A DNA stretch of 64,000 nt from a virus. The first letter of the stretch is position 1; every line of letters begins with the position of its first letter. The notes beneath the pieces were generated by a model. That model was given only the letters and a program-made list of their open reading frames with translations. It was not told where the DNA came from and did no database searches. Shown piece by piece: positions 32,149 through 40,776 of this stretch. The stretch lies in IMG/VR virus record IMGVR_UViG_3300027782_000047, positions 32,001 through 96,000 of that record, one strand, 5' to 3'. Made by a program: the position numbers and the translations under genes.

Positions 32149-33601
32149 TCAAGATTTTATTATAAAGAACGGCCTTACAATAGGCAGTTCTCAAGTAATT
32201 GCCGCCAATGGTCGTTGGGTTGGAGTTAGCACTGGTCTTATTGGTCCACAAGGTCCTCAAGGAGTTGCAGGACCGCAAGGCGCACAAGGTCCGACTGGTG
32301 CTCAAGGGCCTGCTGGTCCCACTGGCGCTCAAGGACCAACAGGAGGCACTGGACCAACGGGACCGCAAGGCGCACAAGGAAATGCTGGCGGTACTGGACC
32401 CACTGGCCCTCAAGGAGCACAAGGAGTACAAGGTCCCGGTGGCGCAACAGGACCAACAGGACCTCAAGGAGCACAAGGACCAACAGGAGGCACTGGACCA
32501 ACGGGACCGACAGGACCCACTGGACCTCAAGGCGCTCAAGGAGCACAGGGACCAACTGGTGCTACAGGACCTACTGGTGCTCAAGGCGCACAGGGCGCTC
32601 AAGGTGGAACAGGACCTACAGGCTCTTTTGTTGGATATAGTTTAGCAACACCAGGTGGAAGAAATCAAGATACCGGTAGAAATACATATGGTAATTTATC
32701 ACATTTTTCAACATACACTTACACTAAAACACACGGTCTCACCTATCCATATCATTTACAAGTAACTAATGGTGGTCAAGGTTTCGAAATAGCCGCTGAT
32801 TGGATTAATACGGGTTCAACTCCTTTACGTGTTAGAAGTTTAAGAGACTGTTGCCAAGACTGGAGTTCTTGGACAAGTATTGCTACATCAGGAGAATCAT
32901 TTACTAATAACGTAGATTTAAGAGCACCAATCTTCTACGACAGCAATGATACTGGATATTACCTTGATCCTAATACTACAAGTGATTCCGCACTAAGAAT
33001 TCGCGGCGGAGCGTTGCACGGGCCGAATGTAACTTGGAATACCTATCTTTTAGTTGGTGGTGATGGAAGACAGAATTATATTAATAATAGCATCACAGCA
33101 TCTGTCTGTTCAACGAACGGAAACTTGCACATGGATGCAGCCTCCGGTTTAGACATGTATTTAAATTATTATGATGGAGCTAATATTCAATTAGGTAACG
33201 GAGCAAATGGTATTATAGGTGTTATTAGTGCCGCAGGTAATTTGACCATGAATGGTAACATTACTGCATACTCAGATATAAGATTAAAAACTAATATTAA
33301 AACAATTCAAAATGCATTAGGTATGGTTAGTAGAATGCGCGGTGTTTATTTTGATTGGATAGAAAACGGAAATCAGTCTATTGGATTGATTGCTCAAGAA
33401 GTGCAAGAAGTTATTCCAGAATTAGTTTTAGAGAGTGTAGTTAAAAATCCTCCATCTTTTCCTGGCGAAGAGACACCAGAAAAAACAATTTTATCAGTTG
33501 ATTATGGAAAGATAACTTCTATTTTGATTGAAGCAATCAAAGAACAGCAAAAACAAATTGAAGAACAAAATAAAAGAATCGCTTTTTTAGAGAATAAATA
33601 A
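32138..33601 (+). CDS. collagen-like tail fibre/adhesin paralogue 3 with S74 chaperone, 487 aa
   Basis: Same N-terminus, ~42 triplets, [14 protein letters not shown] motif, and [12 protein letters not shown]. Confidence 0.85.
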   Translation: MASNQDFIIKNGLTIGSSQVIAANGRWVGVSTGLIGPQGPQGVAGPQGAQGPTGAQGPAGPTGAQGPTGGTGPTGPQGAQGNAGGTGPTGPQGAQGVQGPGGATGPTGPQGAQGPTGGTGPTGPTGPTGPQGAQGAQGPTGATGPTGAQGAQGAQGGTGPTGSFVGYSLATPGGRNQDTGRNTYGNLSHFSTYTYTKTHGLTYPYHLQVTNGGQGFEIAADWINTGSTPLRVRSLRDCCQDWSSWTSIATSGESFTNNVDLRAPIFYDSNDTGYYLDPNTTSDSALRIRGGALHGPNVTWNTYLLVGGDGRQNYINNSITASVCSTNGNLHMDAASGLDMYLNYYDGANIQLGNGANGIIGVISAAGNLTMNGNITAYSDIRLKTNIKTIQNALGMVSRMRGVYFDWIENGNQSIGLIAQEVQEVIPELVLESVVKNPPSFPGEETPEKTILSVDYGKITSILIEAIKEQQKQIEEQNKRIAFLENK

Positions 33602-33835
33602 ATGAAAGCCTTTATTATTGAATTTTTACTAAAAGATCCAATCGCAAAAGTATCATCTATTATGGAAGATATAAAACGTGAGGCTTTATGTGATATGGAG
33701 GAAAGAAATAGAAGATTGGAAATTTGCAATAAATGTGAAAATCTAAAAAATAATTTTTGTTTAAAGTGTTATTGTTATATGCCAGCAAAATCTTTTATTA
33801 AAAATAAAAGTTGCCCATTAAACTTACACACTTAA
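33602..33835 (+). CDS. small Cys-rich, putative metal-binding protein, 77 aa
   Basis: R..IC..C.......C..C.C....K......CP pattern. Confidence 0.6.
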   Translation: MKAFIIEFLLKDPIAKVSSIMEDIKREALCDMEERNRRLEICNKCENLKNNFCLKCYCYMPAKSFIKNKSCPLNLHT

Positions 33836-33870
33836 ATTTTATTAACCCGCCAACATTTTAGGAGAAAATA

Positions 33871-34239
33871 ATGGCTATTACATATACCTGGAAAGTCACC
33901 AGTCTAAAAACTAAGAACGAAGGTGCCAATCAAAACGCAGTTGTGCAAACATACTGGCAAAAGATTGGTACCGATGAAAATGGTAACGTAGGATCATTTT
34001 CTGGCGCAACACCATTCACATCAACAACTATGCCTGAAGGAAATGTGTTTGTTCCATTTGAAGAACTAACCGAAGAAGTTGTTCTTGAATGGATTAAAGA
34101 TGTTGTTACCGGCTCTTATGAAACGCATGTGAATGGAAAAATTCAAGAACAAATTGACCAACATGTTAATCCTGTTTCCGAAGCGCAGATGCCTTGGGCA
34201 CCACCAGCATCCAATACATCACCGAGCATACCCGCATAA
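33871..34239 (+). CDS. conserved fibre-locus hypothetical protein, 122 aa
   Basis: AGGAG SD; YTWKV..L, F.PFE.LTEE.VL.WI and ...PW motifs seen next to phage fibres. Confidence 0.75.
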   Translation: MAITYTWKVTSLKTKNEGANQNAVVQTYWQKIGTDENGNVGSFSGATPFTSTTMPEGNVFVPFEELTEEVVLEWIKDVVTGSYETHVNGKIQEQIDQHVNPVSEAQMPWAPPASNTSPSIPA

Positions 34240-34290
34240 AAGACGAGATATATATTAGATAGTTTATTAATTCATTATAAGGAGTTTGAC

Positions 34291-34497
34291 ATGAATGATA
34301 TGATGCAACCACAACAACAAGAAGAACCACAAGTTACACTAACGCTTAAAGCAAGTTGGTTAAACGTGATTATAGCTGGCTTGGAAGAAATTCCACATAA
34401 GTTCAGTAGACAAGTTATTGATTCTGTTTCTCAACAAGCAAGAGCGCAGTTAGAAAACAAACCTCAAGGACCACTGTCATCTAAAGTAATTAACTAA
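34291..34497 (+). CDS. hypothetical protein, 68 aa
   Basis: AAGGAG SD; N.I..GL.E.P.K.S..VI...QQA pattern. Confidence 0.7.
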   Translation: MNDMMQPQQQEEPQVTLTLKASWLNVIIAGLEEIPHKFSRQVIDSVSQQARAQLENKPQGPLSSKVIN

Positions 34498-34499
34498 TT

Positions 34500-35072
34500 A
34501 TGAACGGCGAATGGGCCTACTTCAAAAGTAGATTTACTAAAGAGCAATGTGATTTCATTTTAGAGGAAGGTTTAAAATTACCTTCTAAAAAAGCATCTAT
34601 GGGTGTTTCAAATGAAATACATGATGACGAATATCGCAGAAGCGACATTCGGTTTATTCATCAAGAACCCAAATTCCAATTTCTCTTTGATGAGATTTGG
34701 AAAATGGCAATTCAAGCAAATCACGACTTCTTCAATTTTCATATAACTAGATTAAGTTTTGTGCAATTGGCTGAATATTCATCTGAATATCAAGGCGAAT
34801 ATAAAAGACACCACGATGTGTTTTGGATGAATGGTGATCCACACTTTCATAGAAAACTTACCTGTGTAATTCAGTTGACTGATCCGACAACTTATGAAGG
34901 CGGTGATTTTGAGATGTATGACTTGTCGCAAAATCCACCAGATAAGGAAGAAATACGCCAGCAAGGCACTGCAATATTTCTTCCATCTTTCGTAAGTCAT
35001 GCCGCATTGCCTGTGACAGAAGGAACAAGACATTCATTAGCAGTATGGATGGAAGGACCTAAGTGGAGATAA
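34500..35072 (+). CDS. 2OG-Fe(II) oxygenase (prolyl-4-hydroxylase/PiuC-like)
   Basis: HHD facial-triad start, RKLTCVIQL, YEGGDF, G...F.PSF..H...PVT.G.R.SL..W..GP. Confidence 0.9.
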   Translation: MNGEWAYFKSRFTKEQCDFILEEGLKLPSKKASMGVSNEIHDDEYRRSDIRFIHQEPKFQFLFDEIWKMAIQANHDFFNFHITRLSFVQLAEYSSEYQGEYKRHHDVFWMNGDPHFHRKLTCVIQLTDPTTYEGGDFEMYDLSQNPPDKEEIRQQGTAIFLPSFVSHAALPVTEGTRHSLAVWMEGPKWR

Positions 35073-35073
35073 T

Positions 35074-35628
35074 ATGAAAACTAATATGATTGTGATTGAT
35101 GAGTTCTATAATAATCCAAATGATGTGAGAGAGTTTGCTTTAGCACAAGAGTTTGATGTTACTGGCAATTGGCCAGGGAATAGAACAAAAACTTTTATCA
35201 ATGAAAGCACAAAAGAAACCATACAGAAAATACTGCAAGATGTATCTGGAAATGTTACAGACTGGCAAGCAAATGATGGGTATACAGGATGTTTTCAACT
35301 AACAACTTCAATGGATAGAAGTTGGATTCATGCTGATTCATATAACACTTGGGCAGGTGTTTTATATCTTACTCCTGATGCTCCACTATCTGGCGGCACA
35401 GGAATATTCAGATACAAAAAAACTGGTAGTATGATGGAAGATGGCACAGATTTATCTGGCGTCACACAAGACATGACCAAGTGGGAACTTGTTGATAGAG
35501 TTGGAAATGTTTACAATAGATTAGTATTGTATCGTGGAAATAACTATCATATGTCTTTAGATTATTTTGGTAAAGACAAGGAAGATGGTAGATTATTTCA
35601 ACTATTTTTCATAACAACAGAATATTGA
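35074..35628 (+). CDS. second 2OG-Fe(II) oxygenase-like protein (DUF6445-like)
   Basis: IVIDEFY.NP..VR..AL, PG.RT, WIHAD, WAGVLYL.P, NRLVLY...YH and terminal R-L-F-Q give an HxD...H...R set. Confidence 0.8.
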   Translation: MKTNMIVIDEFYNNPNDVREFALAQEFDVTGNWPGNRTKTFINESTKETIQKILQDVSGNVTDWQANDGYTGCFQLTTSMDRSWIHADSYNTWAGVLYLTPDAPLSGGTGIFRYKKTGSMMEDGTDLSGVTQDMTKWELVDRVGNVYNRLVLYRGNNYHMSLDYFGKDKEDGRLFQLFFITTEY

Positions 35629-35629
35629 T

Positions 35630-36385
35630 ATGAAAATATGCAGAGTTATCTTCTCCACAAACAGACCAGAATTCTTAATTCCAACTTTAGAATCACATCA
35701 AAAGTATATTGACTTTGGCGATCATGAGGTCTATGGCATATTCATAGATGATTATCCAAAAGATAGAAATGATAAATTGATTATAGATTTGGCTAAAAGA
35801 AGTGGTTTCAATGAAGTTGTTTTACACGAAGTAAATGAAGGATTAACACCTACTTGGACTGAGTTGTGGAATTATCTAGCAACACAAGACTATGACTACA
35901 TCTGGCACCATGAAGATGATGTAGTATTTGGTGAACCAATAAAAATACAATCTCTGATAGATTTCTTAGAAGAAAATAAAGAGTTTTGCCAAATCAATCT
36001 CAAAAGAAATCCATGGTATGATTTTGAGTTGAACAAACCAGCAATAACTTGGGAAGATAAATTCTTTAAAGAATACCGGTATGATGTTAGGGATGACTAT
36101 TTCTGGACAATGGCATCATTATATCCAGCTTGGGTAACAAAAGAGCCAGTAAAAGAAGTTGAAGGTTGCAATTTGGCTGAGTATCCAGTAATGAAATACT
36201 TTAGAGAGCAACACAAAATGAAGATGGCCATTCTTAAAAATCAAGATGGAAGCAATCTTGTGGAACACATTGGTGTATACTCTCAAGGCAAAAGAGTGCT
36301 TGAAGATGAGCCTGGATGGGAAAGATTTAAGTGGTTTGATCCTAATAAAAAATATGATTCCAAGACTGGTACTTTAATAGTATAA
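35630..36385 (+). CDS. glycosyltransferase, GT-A fold (GT2-like)
   Basis: N-terminal strand then R..FL..TL.S, IDD, YIWHHEDD (DxD equivalent), and C-terminal VEHIG. Confidence 0.75.
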   Translation: MKICRVIFSTNRPEFLIPTLESHQKYIDFGDHEVYGIFIDDYPKDRNDKLIIDLAKRSGFNEVVLHEVNEGLTPTWTELWNYLATQDYDYIWHHEDDVVFGEPIKIQSLIDFLEENKEFCQINLKRNPWYDFELNKPAITWEDKFFKEYRYDVRDDYFWTMASLYPAWVTKEPVKEVEGCNLAEYPVMKYFREQHKMKMAILKNQDGSNLVEHIGVYSQGKRVLEDEPGWERFKWFDPNKKYDSKTGTLIV

Positions 36386-36388
36386 ATA
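36381..36388 (+). promoter_or_regulatory. T4 late promoter TATAAATA
   Basis: Perfect consensus upstream of gp13. Confidence 0.75.
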
Positions 36389-36414
36389 GATAATAAAACT
36401 ATTGGGAACTATAA

Positions 36415-37371
36415 ATGGCTAAACCCACAACTAGAGCAACTTTCAAAGACTACTGCCTACGCAGATTAGGTCATCCAGTAATCCAAATCAATGTGGATGA
36501 TGACCAAGTTGAAGATAGAATTGATGATGCACTACAATTCTTTGAAGACTATCATTTTGATGGTTGCGAACAAATGTATATGAAGCATCAAATCACTCAA
36601 GCTGATATTGATCGCAGATGGATTTATTGCCCAGATCCAGTAATTTTTGTTACTGGAATCATACCATTTGACCAGTCATCTTCCTCAGTCAATATGTTTG
36701 ACTTGCGTTATCAGCTACGATTGCATGATTTGTATGACTTTACCTCAGTGTCTTATGTGTCATATGAAATTACCATGCAACACATTCGCACATTGAATCT
36801 GTTGTTCTCTGGTACACCATTGTTCAGATTCAATCGTAAACAAAATAGAATTTTCTTAGATATTGATTGGTCTAGAGATTTACAGGTTGGTCAGTATGTT
36901 GTTGTAGAATGCTATCGTGCGATGCGCCCAGATACAGTTACTTTGACTGGTACAATAACCGGCACAACAAGTAACAATACTTTGACTGGAACAGGAACAA
37001 TATTTGACCAAGAAGTTATTGAAAACGACTTCATCACACTATCTAGTGGTCAAGAAGTTCAAATTCGTACAATCAATTCTCCAACAAGTATTACTATTGC
37101 AAGTAGTTTAACAACAAACATTACAGCTAACACAGCAACAAAAGCTGGTGTTACGGATGTTTGGAATGATAAGTTTTTGAAGACTTATGCCACAGCTAAA
37201 ATTAAATATCAATGGGGTACCAATCTTTCTAAGTTTGCTGGCATTCAAATGCCTGGTGGTGTAACATTAGATGGTCCAAGAATAATGCAAGAAGCACAAG
37301 CTGAGTTGGACAAACTAGAAGAAGAAATGTATACCATCAGCAGTATGCCTAGCGAAATCTTTGTGGGCTAA
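36415..37371 (+). CDS. gp13: neck protein gp13
   Basis: YCLRRLG.PVIQINVDDDQVEDRIDDALQ.F..YHFDG and K.QWG.NLSKF.G.QMPGGVTLDG. Confidence 0.93.
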   Translation: MAKPTTRATFKDYCLRRLGHPVIQINVDDDQVEDRIDDALQFFEDYHFDGCEQMYMKHQITQADIDRRWIYCPDPVIFVTGIIPFDQSSSSVNMFDLRYQLRLHDLYDFTSVSYVSYEITMQHIRTLNLLFSGTPLFRFNRKQNRIFLDIDWSRDLQVGQYVVVECYRAMRPDTVTLTGTITGTTSNNTLTGTGTIFDQEVIENDFITLSSGQEVQIRTINSPTSITIASSLTTNITANTATKAGVTDVWNDKFLKTYATAKIKYQWGTNLSKFAGIQMPGGVTLDGPRIMQEAQAELDKLEEEMYTISSMPSEIFVG

Positions 37372-37373
37372 AC

Positions 37374-38282
37374 ATGCCAACGAATTTTTATTTTAATAAT
37401 TTTCCACAACACCAAATAACTAGTGAGCAATTACTAGTAGAAGATTTGGTGATTGAAGCTATGCAAATTCATGGCATGGATGTTTATTATCTTCCACAAA
37501 CCACAAGAGACCAAGTGGATATGCTCTACGGTGAAGATACATTAAAAGAATTTCGCACAGCTTACGGAATTGAAATGTATTTGGAAAATGTTAGTGGAAT
37601 GGATGGCGAAGGCGATTTCATCTCTAAATTTGGTTTAGAGATTAGAGATGAAGTAACACTACTAATGTCACGCAGAAGATTTGCATCCTTAGGTACATCG
37701 TTGACTAGACCTAGAGAGGGCGACTTAGTTTATATTCCTCTATTACAAAATTTCTTTGAGATATCATTTGTGGAACATGAAAACAATCAAGCAATGTTTT
37801 ACACATTAGGTCGTGGTCGCGGCGGTAATGTTTATGTGTATGCTTTGAAGTTGAAACAGTTTGTCTTTAGTGAAGAAATTATTTCCACTGGTGTTGATGA
37901 AATTGATGACCAGATACTTGATAGCTACAAACGTGCATCATTGCCTCTTGCAAATACAACAGTGTTTCCTGCAGGAACCGGTTCTTTTGTTCCTGGAGAA
38001 ATCATATATCAAGGTTCTTCATTAGCGACAGCAAATGCACAAGCTATTGTTTATTCTTATACCGCACATTCATCAGTTGACATTATTCGTGTAAAAGGTT
38101 CTTTTGTTACGGGTAATGTTCGCGGTAATACAAGTAATACATTGAGAAGGTCTATATCATACAATGATGATTCACAAGTTGGTAATAGTATATTTGAAGA
38201 TATCGCAGACAATGTTAGAATAGAAACTGAAGCTGATGGAATATTAGACTTCACGGAAAATAATCCTTTTGGTGAAGCCTAA
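37374..38282 (+). CDS. gp14: neck protein gp14
   Basis: EQ.LVEDL..E.....G.DVYYLP, SKFGLEIRDE, RPREGDL.Y.P and DFTE.NPFG. Confidence 0.93.
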   Translation: MPTNFYFNNFPQHQITSEQLLVEDLVIEAMQIHGMDVYYLPQTTRDQVDMLYGEDTLKEFRTAYGIEMYLENVSGMDGEGDFISKFGLEIRDEVTLLMSRRRFASLGTSLTRPREGDLVYIPLLQNFFEISFVEHENNQAMFYTLGRGRGGNVYVYALKLKQFVFSEEIISTGVDEIDDQILDSYKRASLPLANTTVFPAGTGSFVPGEIIYQGSSLATANAQAIVYSYTAHSSVDIIRVKGSFVTGNVRGNTSNTLRRSISYNDDSQVGNSIFEDIADNVRIETEADGILDFTENNPFGEA

Positions 38283-39283
38283 TGTTAAATAATTCACATT
38301 TTTATAATAGAACAATTCGTAAAGTAGTAGTTGCTTTTGGCACACTATTCAATGATTTGTTATTGGTAAGATACAATAAAGCTGGAACAATTGAGCATGA
38401 GAGAATGCGTGTTCCTCTTTCCTATGGCGCAAAAGAAAAGTATGTTACCAGATTGATATCTGATCCAACACTAACTAAATCTATCGCAACATCTGTACCA
38501 AGAATTTCTTTTGATTTGGTTGGATTAGAATACGATTCATCCAGAAAATTTAATACTATAAACAGAAACTTCTCAACGAATGCTACGACTGGTGCAGTAT
38601 CTGGGCAGTATGCACCAATACCATATAACTTTGAATTTGAGTTGGCTATCTATGTTAGAAACACGGAAGATGGTACACAAATTCTTGAACAGATATTGCC
38701 ATACTTCACACCAGACTTTACTGTGACTGTAGATTTAATACCCACATTAGGTAGAAAATATGATATGCCAGTTATTCTTAATTCTGTGACACCACAAACA
38801 GAATATGAAGGTGATATGTCTACGACTAGACTTATCATTTGGAACTTATCTTTTACCGTAAAAGGATACATCTTCCCACCAGTAAGTACAGTTGGTTTAA
38901 TTGAACAAGCAAACACAAACATCTACACCGATTCAAGAAGCACTCTGTCACAAAAAGTATATGTTGATTATGCTAATGGTTCTGGTGTTTTAGTTACGGG
39001 TGAAGTTGTTAGAAGTTCGTCCAAAAACAAAACAGGAACTGTCGTATACTTTGCAAATAATAGCGGAGGCACATTAGTTGTGTCAGACTTAAATGATTTG
39101 CTTGAAGAAGATGATGTGATTGTTGGTGATTATTCTAATGCTACATATACAATAAATACCGTAGATTTGAATCCATTAAAAACAGTTGCAATTATAACTG
39201 TGCCCGATCCAGTATCAGCAAACTCGGATGAAGATTTTGGATTCACAGAAACGATTACAGAATTTCCAAGTACTTTGACTTAA
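38282..39283 (+). CDS. gp15: tail sheath stabiliser/terminator gp15
   Basis: FYN.TIRK.VVAFGTLFN, VPL.YG.KEK, PRISF and QILEQILPYF.P. Confidence 0.93.
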   Translation: MLNNSHFYNRTIRKVVVAFGTLFNDLLLVRYNKAGTIEHERMRVPLSYGAKEKYVTRLISDPTLTKSIATSVPRISFDLVGLEYDSSRKFNTINRNFSTNATTGAVSGQYAPIPYNFEFELAIYVRNTEDGTQILEQILPYFTPDFTVTVDLIPTLGRKYDMPVILNSVTPQTEYEGDMSTTRLIIWNLSFTVKGYIFPPVSTVGLIEQANTNIYTDSRSTLSQKVYVDYANGSGVLVTGEVVRSSSKNKTGTVVYFANNSGGTLVVSDLNDLLEEDDVIVGDYSNATYTINTVDLNPLKTVAIITVPDPVSANSDEDFGFTETITEFPSTLT

Positions 39284-39297
39284 AATAGGAAGTCTAA

Positions 39298-40395
39298 ATG
39301 GCAAAAAAGCTATCTCAATTAACCGCTATCTCTAATGTTGGAAATATACCAGCAAACATTATATTTGGAATTTCCAACACAGCAAGCGGAACATCAAACA
39401 CTATATCACTGTTATCATTAACAACACATCTCGATTCAACATTTGCTACTGATATTGCTTCATTGGCAAACGTGGGTGCTGGACTTATATCAACTAAAGC
39501 CGCTTATGAAGCGAATGTCGGCGTTGAAGTAGCCGCAAGGTCAGCAAACGTAGGAGTTGCTAGAATTACTGATGTTGCATCAGGACAAGCAAACGTGGGT
39601 GCAGGTATTATTACAGTAACGTCTGCTTATCAAGCAAATACTGGTGCAGCCGCATTAGCCGGTCAAGCAAACGTTGGCGTTGGTTTAATTAATGCTAAAT
39701 CAATATCGGAAGCAAATGTAGGTGTTGCTATTGCATCAGGTCAAGCTAACGTTGGTGTAGGATTAATTACAATTACTGGTGCATATCAAGCAAACGTAGG
39801 CGCTGGGCTTATAACAACTAAAGCCTCTTATGAAGCAAATGTAGGTGTTGCTATTGCATCAGGACAAGCTAACGTTGTTGTTGCTATTGCATCTGGACAA
39901 GCTAACGTGGGTGCTGGATTATTATCTACTAAATCAGCATACGAAGCTAATGTTGGTGTAGAAGTGGCAAATAGGGCAGCAAACGTAGGTGCAGTTGTTA
40001 TCACATTAACAAATAATATTAACAATGCCTACGAACAAGCCAATAGTGCATACACAGCCGCTAATACTGCATTGAATATATCACAAAATATTCAAATACA
40101 AGATTACACATTGCAGTTGACAGATCGTGGAAAACATATCTATAGCACAAATACACAAATTCAAAAAATTACAATTCCAAACGCTGGCGTTGTTGCATGG
40201 CCAACGGGCACAGTAATTGATATTGTTCTTAATGGCACTGGAAGAATTAACGTTGCTACATCAAATGATGTTACCCTTTATGTTGCTAACAATTCTACAG
40301 TAAGAGGATATGCAAATGTGTATCCTCGAGGTTGGGCTACACTATTGTATGTTAGTGGAAATACTTGGTATATCAAAGGGCAAGGTGTAGATTGA
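39298..40395 (+). CDS. fibre-like protein with QANVG repeats, 365 aa
   Basis: KKLSQL N-terminus, ~15 QANVG/EANVG repeats, and C-terminal YTL...D.GKHI...ITIP....W.P.GT.I domain. Confidence 0.75.
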   Translation: MAKKLSQLTAISNVGNIPANIIFGISNTASGTSNTISLLSLTTHLDSTFATDIASLANVGAGLISTKAAYEANVGVEVAARSANVGVARITDVASGQANVGAGIITVTSAYQANTGAAALAGQANVGVGLINAKSISEANVGVAIASGQANVGVGLITITGAYQANVGAGLITTKASYEANVGVAIASGQANVVVAIASGQANVGAGLLSTKSAYEANVGVEVANRAANVGAVVITLTNNINNAYEQANSAYTAANTALNISQNIQIQDYTLQLTDRGKHIYSTNTQIQKITIPNAGVVAWPTGTVIDIVLNGTGRINVATSNDVTLYVANNSTVRGYANVYPRGWATLLYVSGNTWYIKGQGVD

Positions 40396-40775
40396 AAACT
40401 AATGAAAATCTATCCAACATCTTTGGAGTTCAACCACTAGCAGAAGACGAATCTTCTATAGTTGAAATTGTTCCAACAGATGTGGATTCGGATTTTGAAT
40501 TTGCAAGAAATAATATTCGTGAGTTAGCAGAAAAAGGTAGAGTTGCTGTAGACAATATTCTTATGGTAGCAAAAGCAACGGATCATCCAAGAGCATATGA
40601 AGTTGCAGCCACGCTAATTAAAAATATGTCTGACATTAATAAAGATTTACTTGAGTTGCAAAAGAGAAAAAGAGATTTGTCACCAGTTAAAGAACAGACT
40701 GTGGTGAATGTGGACAAAGCTGTATTCGTAGGCTCAACAAGAGATTTAATTAAACAAATTAAACAAGTAGGATAA
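40392..40775 (+). CDS. gp16: terminase small subunit gp16 (likely TTG start)
   Basis: DFEFAR.N, A...DHPRAYEV...LIK and VFVGST.DL motifs; TTGA overlap with the upstream stop. Confidence 0.9.
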   Translation: MKTNENLSNIFGVQPLAEDESSIVEIVPTDVDSDFEFARNNIRELAEKGRVAVDNILMVAKATDHPRAYEVAATLIKNMSDINKDLLELQKRKRDLSPVKEQTVVNVDKAVFVGSTRDLIKQIKQVG

Positions 40776-40776
40776 A

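Noticed and set aside
20788-32645. Many alternative-frame and minus-strand ORFs over the collagen tracts (e.g. 20788-21312, 28878-29369, 30769-31125, 32135-32602)
   Set aside because: These are by-products of stop-poor 9-bp Gly-X-Y repeats; they lack SD sequences and give low-complexity translations.
25840-33601. Diversity-generating retroelement, suggested by the Mtd-N-like domain and paralogous fibres
   Set aside because: No reverse transcriptase in the window, and no TR/VR pair differing only at adenines was seen.
28801-33601. Invertible shufflon of fibre tips
   Set aside because: All paralogues are complete genes on the same strand, with no recombinase or inverted crossover sites seen.
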